Source: Catajapyx aquilonaris
Taxonomy: Eukaryota
DNA length: 42,961 nucleotides
Assembly (NCBI GenBank): GCA_000934665.2
Contig: KZ538876.1
Location: 1-42,961, forward strand
Reading direction: 5' to 3'
In this document: one piece after another, positions 1 to 12,130 of the stretch
Position numbering within the stretch: position 1 is the first letter of the stretch
Layout: each line of letters starts with the position of its first letter
Translations under genes and position numbers: made by a program
Notes under the pieces: model-generated
Database searches by the model: none
Told to the model about the DNA's origin: nothing
What the model saw: the letters and a program-made list of their open reading frames with translations, nothing else

Positions 1-379
1 AATGTAATTTATCCTGATCCTGATCCTAGCAGCGGTGTGAAATAGTTGTGTTATGGGCGCATTTTCGATGTGATTGTTGTCTTCAAAGTTGGTCCACGTG
101 GATTCTGAAAATTCCAGAATAGTAACATGAAATATCTAGATCAATTTTCAGAATGTCTAACAGCTACCAGATGGGTTGGGCGGCACCCAGGCGGCACCCG
201 AGGCCGAAGTAAAAGCAGTTGTGCATAAAGGGTCCATAGTGGCGGGCAGCCGATTTCGACCCAAGATGGCGTCAAAAGCGAAGTTGACGCCACCTTTCTA
301 TCTAGGCACCTTAGGTTGCCGTTATACAGGCGGGAGAGGTTGAAGGTATTGGAGTAGCACGACCACAGATGTCATTGGT

Positions 380-477
380 GGCCGGACACACAGAAAGACA
401 GACAGTTGGCGGGGGTACTGGCAGGTGTTTTCCCTTCATTTATTTCTTCCCGGGCAACGCCGGGTGCCGCAGCTAGT
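380..477 (+). mobile_element. Helitron-type non-autonomous element, 3' terminus
   Basis: Hairpin CCCGG-GCAACG-CCGGG (449-464) followed by CTAG|T (473-477); short GACA-type repeat upstream. 5' end not defined. Confidence 0.6.
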
Positions 478-479
478 TG

Positions 480-912
480 TCAATATTTTGATGTACAACT
501 TATCCATTTTTGATATTTTGATGTACATATCGATTTCCAATATTTAAATAAACACTGTATCAATATTTAATACTTAGATGCAAAATATGTCGATTTCCGA
601 TATTTTGATTACAACATCGATTATTGAGATTGAGATGTCCAAAAAATCGATTTTAACATTTCGACACACGACAAATCGATTTTCAAATCGTAAACACGTA
701 TACGTAATATATCGATTTTTAAATATTCAGATGCACAATAATATACCTATTTTCGATACTGATATGTGCAAAAATATATTTTAACATTTCAATACACGAT
801 ATATCGATTTTCAATACGTAAACACGTAATATATCGATTTTTAAATACACACATGGACAATTTACCGATTTTCGATATTTATATGTACAATTTACAATTT
901 GTACATAGATTT
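480..912. repeat. Degenerate AT-rich ATCGAT-core satellite
   Basis: Recurrent atatcgatttt and aaacacgta units. Confidence 0.8.
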
Positions 913-1518
913 TCGGCGCAAAACAGTACAATCACACTTCAGTCCTCGTTTTAAACGTATTACATCCTACTTAAAACACTAATTACCCACTCCTAATAAA
1001 TGAGCACAAAACGGGCACGAATTCCAACAGAACCGCCAGTGTTGCCCCACCGTTTTGAAACCCCGACTGGAATAATGATAACCCCCCACGTTTGTGCCAA
1101 TGATCGAACAACAATAAAAAAATAATGGCCGCCGTCATCGGAGCGGCAAAAACAAGGTCTCTCCCCACCCCACCCCACCCCGTACCCCCTGGAGCAACAT
1201 CGTCACATACCATTGGATCCGAATTTTTCTGTTGAACGCACTGCAGATCATTTCCCAATCGGGAGCACGTGCAGAATGGATTCCATTAATTAGAATCAAC
1301 CTCACGGCTGTGTTATTAACGACCAGCCCCCACTCATCCGGATAGATTTTACTGCATAAAAGAGCTGGCCTAAGTTACCCAACCACCAGGGATGTCATTG
1401 GCTACTGGCAAGGCGCCATTTTCAATCGGGTGCAAAACAATAGGAGGACAAGGTCAAATAGGTCGTCACCTGTCTACTGACTCACTCCATCAACTACAGG
1501 TGAAGAGGGTGTGGTGAG

Positions 1519-1925
1519 ATATTGATATATCGATATTTCGACGTGAAGTACAGTGATTCGATATTTTGGTCTGCAATATATCGATACGTCAGTATACAAC
1601 ATATCGATATATCAATACAAATATCGATACGTCAGTATACAAATATCGATACATCAATGCGTACATATCGATGCATCAATAAACATTTCGATACGTCCTT
1701 ATACAACTTATCGATATACCTGTATACACCATATCGATACGTCAGTATTCAACATATCGATATTTCACCATATCGATACGTCAATATACAATATATCGAT
1801 ATGTCAGTATTCAACATATCGATATTTCACCATATCGATTTTTCAACATCTACTGTATAGATATTAATATGCTATGTATCGATATTTGAATATGCACTGA
1901 ATCGATGCCAAAGTGTAACATCGAC
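1519..1925. repeat. ATATCGAT-core degenerate tandem repeat
   Basis: Recurrent atatcgatacgtcagtat units. Confidence 0.85.
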
Positions 1926-2136
1926 TAGCTTTTCAAAAAGTGTAGTCAAATGACTAACTAGCATCTTTGGAGTCGAATTTTCGTCCCACTGAGAGTTACT
2001 GCTAACTTAGCAGTCCCTACTAGTGGGACGAAAATTACACCATTTGTCTTCTCATGGCCATCACAGTCATGACTCGCCAGTCAGTCATACCGAGGGGCCA
2101 TGGCAATGGCGCCCAGAGTAGTCAAGCAGTACTGAC

Positions 2137-2477
2137 CTTGCTCCAGTCGCCCACGGCCCACTGCTCGGGGCAGTCGAACACGTTGCAGAACTGTTGGGCT
2201 CTTGGAGGCGGTTGAGGACATCGGTCAGCAGGTACCGGCAGGGTATTGCTTCCTCCTCTGGTGACCTCGTGGATACAGTGCACCTCTCTGAGCTGGATGC
2301 CCTGACCACACGACTTGGTGCACGGAGCGAAGTCGGACACATTCCATCTTGGAGGACACGGGTGGTCATTGCACGTCCTGGTGATGGTATCCGGACGCTT
2401 CTCAGCCGGACACAGGTACGGAGTGACCACCTTTTGGTCCTGATCTCGAACACACTGCACTATCGATTCCTGCACGC
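2137..2477 (-). CDS. madd-4: Exon L (341 nt): TSR6 end, TSR7 and TSR8 start, VQESIVQCVRDQD...CNVFDCPEQWAVGDWSK
   Basis: Acceptor gtcgtttcag, donor AAG|GTCAGT, phases 1/0. Confidence 0.95.
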
Positions 2478-2922
2478 CTGAAACGACACCATTTCACTTA
2501 ATACCCTCACGCGGTATACTGCCGGTCGGTTTTTCCGATAAGAAGAAACCCTGTAGTTACCGCCTGCCAGTCAGTCCGACGTGTCTTTTGTGCTCGAATT
2601 AAGCGGACTTTCCAAGGGTGGGGATTGGCTTTTGAATCGCGATTCATTCCGCATGCCAATGCTGCTTACACGGAGTGCCAAAAGGAGTTCTGATGAGTGA
2701 TTGATGGTTTGGAGGGTGTGACACCCGCCCCATTGTCGCCCGCATTACCAGGCATTGTAGCGGCCATTTTGCATGCCTAGTTCGCGATTGTCTAATTTCA
2801 TGAATCGTAATGAAGCCTTAATGAAGCTGGGAATTCCGCAGCTCGTTACGGCCTGCGCGACCGTGATTAAAAAAACATTAGTCACCTGATATGGATTTTT
2901 TGGACGTTGAAAAAACACTCAC

Positions 2923-3098
2923 CACCGAGGCAAGAGGCACTGCAAGACGTGTAGGTACCAAGCTTCCAGGAGTACGTGATGTGAGTGTCCGTCTTGACCC
3001 CTCTGTTGCTACCGGACACCGCGCTGATCGTCTCCTTGTAGACGTTACGAGACGCATCCTGGTACGCACCGTCGAACCCATCTTGGATCGTGTCTCTC
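2923..3098 (-). CDS. madd-4: Exon K (176 nt; 179 nt with the upstream acceptor): linker and TSR6 start, RDTIQDGFDGAYQD...YSWKLGTYTSCSASCLG
   Basis: Tandem acceptor gtcagcag, donor G|GTGAGT, phases 2/1; the 5' boundary is less certain. Confidence 0.85.
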
Positions 3099-3169
3099 CT
3101 GCTGACCAACCGACAAATCTCCATTATGTGAGGGCAACCAGAGGGTTGTGACATACCACAAGGTGGTAA

Positions 3170-3730
3170 TGTCTACTCTAGAGGATATGCCCATGAATAT
3201 CTCTCGGAAAATCCAGGGATACCAAGGAATACCCAGAATACTCCGGAAACCCCCGGAAAACCCCCCGGAAAACTCTGGACGACTCAGGGATACCATGGAA
3301 TACCAAGTAATACCCTCGAAATATCCCAGAATACCCAGGAATTCCTCGGAATTCCCTGTAATATTCCGGACTACGCAGGAATACACGAGAATACACCGGA
3401 AATACCGCAGTGTTTAGGGGAATTCCGAGGGTATTGGAGTATTCCGGGTATTCCTGCAGGAATACTCGGATACTCCAGTACCCTCCAACCCTCGGAATTC
3501 CCCTAAACACCCCGGAACACCCGGGAATATCCCGGAATGCCTAGAAATGTCCCAGAAAACCCTCGGAATACCCTGTAATATCCCGGACTACACAGGAATA
3601 CCCCGTAGACTACTCAGGAATACTCTGAAAAACTAATACCCTTGGAATTCCCCGAAACACCCCGGAAATCCCTGGAATAACCCGGAATACGCAGGAATTC
3701 TCCCAGAAAACCCTCGGAATACCCTCAGCT
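3170..3730. repeat. GGAATACC/CCCGGAA degenerate repeat filling most of intron J-K
   Basis: Recurrent short units, with a locally inverted patch near 3410-3480. Confidence 0.85.
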
Positions 3731-3778
3731 TTCCCCTGACACACCCGTACATCCACCGGACTGTCCCCTGGAGCTTAC

Positions 3779-3967
3779 CTGTTGGCGAACGAGCATGGCT
3801 TCATGATGCATCGCTCCACCTCTGAAGGTTTGGGTCCTGGACACTCCTTGTCCGGTAGGTTGGCCATGGTCTTGGAGAACTCCAGGAAGATCTTGCAGTG
3901 AACCTCACGCTTCTTAATTCCCTCTCCGCAGGTCACGCTGCAGACACCCCAGTTCTCAGCCACGTAA
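3779..3967 (-). CDS. madd-4: Exon J (189 nt): TSR5, YVAENWGVCSVTCGEGIKKREVHCKIFLEFSKTMANLPDKECPGPKPSEVERCIMKPCSFAN
   Basis: Acceptor cattgcag, donor AG|GTAAGC, phases 2/2. Confidence 0.95.
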
Positions 3968-4779
3968 CTGCAATGGTACGCTCGTAGGAAACTAGCCTCG
4001 GTATCGTAGAAGTAAAAATACCGTGCGGAAAACTCGAAAAAGTCATGTGCAAAAAAGTGCACCATTGGTCAAATTAGCAGGACGTAAAGACTTGAAAGTC
4101 CCTCGAGGAGTCATTTGACTCTGGTGTCATGTAACATGCATGATTTCCGTCTGTAAAACTGTCCTTTTGCTGCAGTGGTCCCCATGCGGATATGTCGCAT
4201 TGGTTCAACTGATATCGTGGGCAGAGTGTACTATATCAAGCCTATAACGTACAGTGCAATGTAGTCGATAGAGTTACGCCTTTGCTCTTACAGTAACATC
4301 CCATCCGAGTCAAATTTTTATCGCAGTTTTAGTGTTCTCTAAAAGCGGGGCTGACAAAGAGCATCCGCATTATTTTTGTTTGCTATTGTAACAAAAAAAA
4401 ACTAGCTCTATGAGTTGGCTAAAATGTACTAGTTTTGAAGCGTACTTTTTTATTCAAAAAAACGCTAACGGGCACAGCCTTTTGAATATTGTTGGAGCAT
4501 TATAACAAATCTGGTTGACGGAGGTAAATAGGCTGTGCGGAGTGTCTATATTGTTACAAAAAATAATAATAGGAGCACTGTACGGCAATGTAAAGTAATT
4601 ACAGAATGGACCGTACAAAAAGTAGTTGGGCTAGAACCTATAGTGCATAGTTGTAAAAAGTGATTGCATAGCACTGTCACTAATCATGCTAACAAAAGTG
4701 ACTCTTCGAAAAGGTAAAGACTACAGGTATGAAACAAGCATGTCGTTCTGGAGGATCAGGTGTCCAGTGACTGTCCACA

Positions 4780-5375
4780 CGATATGTCCCTGGTGATTTG
4801 ATGGACAGCTCGATGCATGGTGTCTCCATGAGTTCCATGGACATTCTCTGAGATTCGTGGACAGTCTATAACATCTGTGAGCTCCATGGGCACCTCATGA
4901 GTTCTATGAACATTGCATGAGAATGAGATTCATGGACAGTCTATGAGATCTATGGGCATTTCATGAGATCCATGGACTCCTCGTGAGATCCATGGGCACT
5001 TCATGAGTTCCATGGGCACTTCATAAGATCCATGGACACTCCATTAGGTCTGTGGACAGTCCATGATATCCATGGACGCTCCATAAGATCCACGGACACT
5101 TCATGACATCCATGGACACTTCATGAGTTCTACAGACACTTGAGGAGATCCGTGGACAGTTCACGAGTTTTATGGACACATAGAGTGTGATCCACGGATC
5201 CACGGAATATCCACGGGCACTTTTCATGAGATCTATGGACACTCCATCAGATTAATGTACACTTCATGAGATCCGTGGACAGCTCCATGGACACTCCACG
5301 AGATTCATGAACACTTCATGAGATTCATAGACAATCCATATGGATGTCACGGACTGTCCATGATCTTATGATCTC
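4780..5375. repeat. CCATGGAC-core ~20-bp degenerate minisatellite
   Basis: Repeated tcatgagatccatggacac units. Confidence 0.88.
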
Positions 5376-6914
5376 CTAATTGTCAAGGGATCATCTCGGT
5401 ACATCATCTTGAAAATCAGGTCCTGATGAAGTCACCACCACAAGTCCCCGGGACTTACGAACACCTGCAAAAATCACTCATCTACAATCGCCAAGTGCTT
5501 GACTCCCGTCATAAATCGGGAGCACGGTAGCCATAAAACGACGCAATTTACACTTAATGACACGGTTTTAGAAGGGCTGTAATTTAGTTACGACGTGACG
5601 CGATAGTTTTTCTCAATCCAAGCTATTTTTTCATCTCCTTTTTCTCTTTATTGACCAACTATAGTCTGTAACCTCTCTATACAGGTAACAGGGACAACTC
5701 AGGTGTCGTACCGCTGACGGGTGTAGTAAGGTAGGTTATAAAATGCAAATTCGGCTCAGAGAGAGCTAGAGAACATGGGGAATAGGCAAGAGGGGGGAAA
5801 CTTTGGCATTCAGGGTGCAAATTCCCATCATTCGGTGAGCTTGCAGAAAATGAGATCAGGCTTGGGGATTCAGAATGGGATCTGCATGCATGCACATGAA
5901 CCTTTTGCGTACAGTAGAGTGGGTTAGAAAAGATGGAAGTCACTGTACGTCGCTCAGAAAAACCTCGGTTTGACTCTTAAAAGAGTCACCTATAGTAGTA
6001 TCAGTCGATCCTGTACACTGTACTGTAAAGCTTGTTGAACTAGTGAAGCTATGTGACCAAAAGAATCGGTTTCAACCAGGCGAGCCTGGCATGTAAATCC
6101 GGATCCACTGTTTAATACCCTGTAACTGAGGTGAGAAAGATGCATGGCGAATTTCAAAAAACCATGCTTAAATGCGGTTAATCCGACCCTAGCTGAACGT
6201 GTAGCTGGCCCCGGCATTGTAGTACATCGGTGAAGGTGAGGTCCGGCCCTGAAACAGCCCGTTCCACGTGGGAACTGGTGGTGGGGACTGGCGGGGAGAG
6301 TGCCCACCAGTCCTACCCCACCACCAGTGGCCATCTAGAAGCTTCACAACGTTCAGCCAGGGCCGGAAGAAACCGCGACCCTGAGTGCACACCAGGCCTT
6401 GGCAGTGGTCACAAATGCAACAATCGGTGTAACAATAGCAAGCAGAGTGAGACGTGTGTGAGAGTGCAGTACAAAACCTTTTCTAGCGGTGAGTGCAGGT
6501 TACAGAACCGTGCCAACAGGAAGGTGGGAGAGGCCATACTGTACCTCATAAACAACCATCCGCACGCAAAGAACATTTTGAATTTGCTGAAAAACCACAA
6601 CGGAAGGCCTTCAGGTTAAGGCAGTGCTAGAAAAAGACACGGTGAAAGCTGAAAACAAAGATAGTTCATATCCCCCCCTACCTATAAAAAAACCAACAAT
6701 GGTTTTCATACTGTTACCACTCCCAGCTACGCATCCGAAGAGAAGGAATAGAAAATAGAAATAAAGACATCTGAGCACAGTCTACGTGTCTAACTACACA
6801 CAAAGATACATACGCACACAGAAGCTAATGACGTTGTTGTAGCAAATACTGTGCTCACCTCAGTTGGAATCGTAAAACAACATTTCTCTAATTAAAAGTT
6901 AAAACAAGAAGTTG

Positions 6915-7025
6915 ATTTTGATCACGCTGAATCCGAATCCAAAAACCGTTTGTCGCTATCTCATACGATTCAGGCCCTGATACATGTCCACAGACAGACA
7001 GCGTCGTTCTGCACGACTTTTTTTT
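6915..7025. repeat. Single unit of the GAATCCGAATCCGAAAA dispersed family
   Basis: Matches units at 25880-27050 and 36880-38330. Confidence 0.75.
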
Positions 7026-7603
7026 AGCAAAAAAGAGAGAAACAGTCGAAAATCTGACCATTGTTTGCCATATTTGCTCATCACTCCGGATAGTCTTACA
7101 AAATTTTATTTCCAACAATACCCCCCGACACGCACGCCACCTATTAACCGGACAAAAATCTGTCAACTGTCCCCCGGGTGACACGCTCATAATTATGCCA
7201 CAGCAATAAAACTCCGGCAAATATCAAAGCCCACAAATTAACGTAGGGCCAGTTCCTACTGTTGACTTCCCAACAATAGGACCGACCTCCATCCACACGC
7301 GATCATGTTTTTTTTTGAAGTTGTCAACCCTGAAAGTATAATACGTCTGAAACTGAAACAACCCCACTGATAGCGATTCACTTTTGCAAACAATGGCTGT
7401 ACGTGTCCGCGTCATGTCATCATGAGTATCCCTTCAAAACGGAAGCGGAAACTCTCCGGGCGTTGGATGTCCCCCAGCGCCATCTACTTCCGAATATGAG
7501 TTGTGAAGCGGACAGCGATTATAGTGTATGCGAAAAGTGCCGGCCATTTTGAATCCTAGTATCGAAAAATTGAGGCCAAACAGTCGAAATCTGCAGTATT
7601 ATT

Positions 7604-8391
7604 AAATGGTAGCAGAGCGTGGTTGACCCTTCCGTCTCTTCAGGTTACCTTTCTGGGAGGCTACAGGACATGGCACAAAATGTATGGACCAGTGGACTTC
7701 CGTTCGATTGGCCTGAAAATGGGACATGTTGCAGCCCAGACCGTCCTGATCAATGTTGGATAGGAACATTTCAAGGTAGGACCTACATGGAGCATGCTAA
7801 TGACCTCCGAAGGTAATATGGGGAGTATAGTAACTACTCCCCATATTAAATTAGCACGCTCCCTGTAGGTCCTACCTCAAAATGTCCCTATCTAACATTG
7901 ATCAGGACGGTCTGGGCTGCAACATATCCAATTTTCAGCCAAATCGAACGGAAAACCAGATCATATCCCACCTTCGGAGGTCAATAGCACGCTCCCTGTA
8001 GGTCCTACCTCAAAATGTCCCTATCTAACATTGATCAGGATGGTCTGAGCTACAACATATCCAATTTTCAGGCAAATCGAACGGAAGGCCACTGGCCCAT
8101 ACATTTTGTGCCATGTCCTTTGAGTTTCAGGTCTGATACCTTACTCATTTCCGTAGGCAATGAGTCAGTTGAAGCTCAACAGATGCACCTTCCTGACAAA
8201 TTATGAGGGGGGCACTGTGACAGCCCCACAAGTTTGCCAGCGCCTCTGGTGGAGGCTGATTTGAGCTTCAACTCTGCTACCTTACTAATTCCCGCAAGTA
8301 ATGAGTAAGGCATCATACCTGAAGCTCAAATTAGCCTCCGAGAAAGGTTACCTGAAAAGCAAGAAGGGTCGGCCACGCTCTGCTACCATTT
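7604..8391. mobile_element. Foldback/TIR non-autonomous DNA element (~790 bp)
   Basis: ~59-bp imperfect TIRs (aaatggtagcagagcgtgg...ccacgctctgctaccattt), an internal inverted segment present once on the left and twice on the right, and a central hairpin at 7816-7848. Confidence 0.8.
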
Positions 8392-8599
8392 TTCTGCTAT
8401 TCAGCGATTCTTGCCCTTATACCCACAACTCTACCCTCTTGAGGTTAGGCAGTTTCAGCATGCCTGTAACCCACACTTGATGGGACAAAGTTACAAGACA
8501 AAGAATGTATGATGAATAGACCCGGTTGTATATCAACCCGGAGGTTACAAATTTGCGGTATCCCCTGTCCAAAAAGTTAGATGATGAGGTCAAACTCAC

Positions 8600-8729
8600 G
8601 CTGGGTCGGATTCCATGACCTGCTCGTCCACTAGTTTGGGAGCCGTACCCATACCGGACGGTGGCATCGGTTGGATCAGGGGTTGAGTATGCTCCATTCC
8701 AGGTAGAGCTTCGATGTCTTCTTCACTCT
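8600..8729 (-). CDS. madd-4: Exon I (130 nt): acidic/Pro-rich linker, ESEEDIEALPGMEHTQPLIQPMPPSGMGTAPKLVDEQVMESDP
   Basis: Acceptor aatttccag, donor GC|GTGAGT. Its phases 1/2 bridge exon H (phase 1) to exon J (phase 2). Confidence 0.85.
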
Positions 8730-9369
8730 CTGGAAATTAGGACTTAAACATTAGTTTGTTCAACGGTTCAACGGTTCTAAAAACGGACCTGGAGCAAAGG
8801 CGGCTCGAGCGTGTCGTGGCAATTCCTTTACAGCCCCACTAAATTTAGTGTCGCGTGTGGCTTTTCTTTCACTAATTTGATTCCGCAGAACCCTTATTAG
8901 CCCTCTATTAACCGCTAGTACCCTATGGGGTCAGGGTACTACCAAAAATCCCTCGGAAAACGTCTTGAGAAGCTAAAGAATCACATTTCCTCCGGAAATG
9001 AGCTTCCCCCCGACGGGCTTACAATTTGCTGGCTTGGCAATCCCAGGGAGTAGGCCCCCTCCCCCGCTCCCTACTCCCTGTTTTTTTCTTTTTTCTTTTT
9101 TTTCGTTTGACATGTTTCCACAAGTATCGAACCGTCTTTTGGTGACCTCCAGTTTAGATTAAGGTCTTGGGTACTCAAGCAAGAGTTGGATGCAATAACG
9201 TGTGTATATCAAGGATCTGTCATGTTATTTCCGGAAGAACTTTCGTATCGGGAGACCGAATTTGGCAGGGGTACTAACATGCATGACCAGGCGGATATAC
9301 ACACCTATCCTTCAGCGGATACAAGTAGGTCAAAGTTGCGGCGGTGTCCTCGATACCGTTATTTCCAGC

Positions 9370-9650
9370 TTTTTATTTATTTATTTATATTTATTTATTT
9401 ATTTATTTAGTTACCCCGTGATAGGGCTGGAGGGGGGAAGGGAAAGTTCCCAAGGGAGGGCGCCGTGCGGTAGCCATTTTTGACATTCTTTAACACCAGG
9501 CCTTTTCTCCTGGCCCCGAGCAGAGAAGGGAGCCCCGGCATGTCGGGGGAAAAAGCGGAAAGGCCAAGCAGAGGTGACGGGAACGGGATTTGAACCTCGG
9601 CCTCCCGCTTGACTGGCCAGTGGCGTAACCACTGGACCACCATTCCGCCC
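9370..9650 (-). mobile_element. tRNA-derived SINE family A, near full length
   Basis: A-box TGGTCCAGTGG, B-box GGTTCAAATCC, shared body and (AAAT)n tail; three more copies in the window. Confidence 0.88.
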
Positions 9651-9679
9651 TTTTTGCCTGTTGTTATTTCAGGACTTAC

Positions 9680-9833
9680 CGTGGAAACGTGATGCTGGAC
9701 AGGCGATACCGGTACGGCAGGGTTTGGTAGACGTAGGCTTGTGGACCTCATCGCAGAGTGGACTCGGATGACCCAAGGCGTCACGACAAAACACGTTCCG
9801 GGTCTGGACACCCTCACCACACGATACGGAACA
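9680..9833 (-). CDS. madd-4: Exon H (154 nt): TSR4, CSVSCGEGVQTRNVFCRDALGHPSPLCDEVHKPTSTKPCRTGIACPASRFH
   Basis: Acceptor ttttccag after a 79-nt intron, donor G|GTAAGT, phases 0/1. Confidence 0.94.
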
Positions 9834-9912
9834 CTGGAAATTTTCAAGAAATATCGACAGTTTGGTAGGACTGGTGCGGTCACCCAAAAGCCATACAGTA
9901 ACACCAACTTAC

Positions 9913-10008
9913 CCCTGACCAAGCACCGCTGTACCACCTAGGACAGTCCATAATGCTGCATGACTCCTGGTATCGAGGCTTATGACCATGGCAGAGATGA
10001 TCAGGTAC
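9913..10008 (-). CDS. madd-4: Exon G (96 nt): VPDHLCHGHKPRYQESCSIMDCPRWYSGAWSG
   Basis: Acceptor aacgttgcag, donor GGG|GTAAGT, phases 0/0. Confidence 0.92.
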
Positions 10009-10658
10009 CTGCAACGTTAACAGCAGCATTTTGATTTTTTTTCTCGCTCAAGCTTCAAGCGAGAGGAAATAGCGAGTTAGACAGAAAAAAATGTCGCTAG
10101 TAGGATAAGGAAATCGGATTTCATTATTAGCCTCGTCTGAATCTAATCTCTTCAGAGGGGGTTAAAAAGAATGTTGAAAGGGGTCGACTAACCCCTACCA
10201 GAAGACTGGTGCGGTCACTCAAAACACATACATACACACCAACATTGTACCATTATTGCCATGTAAGGCAGCTCTAAGTTTCATAACTATTTCTCCTATA
10301 GTTGAGCCTACTTTACCTAGATCGATCCCATTTCTACCTAGTAAATGTCTTCCAAGAAAATGGATTCGTCTGAAGTGCAGACGGTACATATCAAAAGCAT
10401 CTTGTCTTTGTGCACAAAGTCATGCCGGAGGAATGCAGTGCCTTTGTCGCAGGCATTTCATTCGGTTTACCCTCAGGGGCTCCTCTGTACTGTACGTGGT
10501 GTACTTGATCTTGCCAAATCGTGTCTTGACTCGCCCCTTTTTGTCAGAAGTCAACTGACTAGGAAGAGTCAGTTATTTAAACGTTATTTATCAACAAAAT
10601 TTTAAATAACGTATTGCGAATAGCATACAGCGCGTACCAGTATATACGGGGTACATAA

Positions 10659-10897
10659 TAAGTGTGACACCAGAAAAGGTGGTAGTAGAGGGCGCAGGTG
10701 TTAGCATTTTTGCATAACGAACTAGGGGTCGGAAACGCACCCTCACCGAGTTACGCCCCTTTCAAGTTTGCGGCAGGCAGTGTGCAAGAGCACGCGGCGG
10801 CGTGACTCGGTGAGGGTGCGCTTCCGACCCCTAGTTCCTTATGCAAAAATGCCCACACCTGCGCCCTCTACCACCACCTTTTCTGGTGACACGCTTA
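10659..10897. mobile_element. Palindromic MITE flanked by TA
   Basis: ~100-bp near-perfect inverted arms around a short spacer; TA at both ends (possible Tc1/mariner-type TSD). Confidence 0.82.
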
Positions 10898-11689
10898 GGA
10901 TTAACACCCTGCTCTAAAAGCTACATTTGTTGCAATGAAGTCAGTTATTTAAACATTATTTATCAATATATTTTAAATACCATACAGCGAATAGCATATA
11001 TCATAAAAGCTATATTTGTTGTAATTAGTGCTCGTTTTTTTAAACAATGAAAGTCAACTTTCACGCTTGTTATTTTTTGGGTAGTGCGACCACACATTGT
11101 TTCCATATCACTAGCTCTCAATAATTGAAGACTTAATTAATGCCTCCAATTTGTTGCATGATTTCCAGCAAAACTATGCTAGTGGCATGAACATTGTTAT
11201 TGTAAAATTCAGGACTAAAAAAATGATTGACGTGAAAATACAATAAGTCGATAAGTGCGTACTGCTAAACAAAGCGGTTCGAAGGTCGCGAGACCACATT
11301 AAATCAAAATGTTTCATTATGAAATACCTGGTGCTGCACATGTTCAATTAACATATGTCATATGCGGTCATATGCCTCCTGGTGTGAAGCTGATTTTTAA
11401 ATAAAATGTGCAAATTTATTTTTAAAAGAGGAAATTACACATACACTGTACACGTATGTAATGTACTTAATGCTAATTAACATTAATTAACTAATTAACA
11501 TCAATGCTCATTTAGTACATCCATTGCATTTTAACTTATAGTAATAATTTTAACATTTTAATGAATATACAATTGGTAAAAAGCAATTCAAAATAAGTAA
11601 ATAATTAATTTTCCCGAACTCTTTATCCAGATATGCGGTCCTACATATAGGACACTAGTACAGTATGTTATATTTTTGCTCATAAAAGA

Positions 11690-12130
11690 GTTAAAATTTA
11701 ACTACAAATAAAAATTGGAAATAAAAATCATTAACAATAATTTTTAAAATGAAAAAAATTGAAGAAATTGAAAAGAAGGATTTAAATGGTTAAAAATTGA
11801 TAAACTAAAAATGTTAAAATAAGATCTTTTAACTAAAATTGAAACATTTAAAATAACATCTTCGACAAAAATTGAAACATTTAAAATCAAAATTAACCAA
11901 TTTTTAAATGTTTACATTAAATTTTTTACAAATCTACAAATTTGAAACGAAAAATTTCTAAAACTTGAAAAACTGAAAATAAAAACGCTAACAAAAATTT
12001 TAACATTTTAAATAAAAGTTATAACAAAAATATAAATATTTAAAATAAAAATTAAACAACGACTTTTAACATTATGTAAAATTAAAATCTACTATTTAAA
12101 ATAGACTTTAACAACAAATTATGCATATTT
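11690..12130. repeat. Very AT-rich low-complexity tract
   Basis: A-rich aaaatt/ttaaaa runs. Confidence 0.75.

Noticed and set aside
983..1258. Minus-strand ORF with ctgcag|TGC as the possible next exon
   Set aside because: The translation CVQQKNSDPMVC lacks the CSxxCGxG expected after WAVGDWSK, and the acceptor is purine-rich. The next exon is probably outside the window.
6409..6600. ORF ending VSLCLLLLHRLL, resembling exon A (VSLCLSLHRV)
   Set aside because: Short match, ends in a stop codon with no in-frame donor; likely coincidence.
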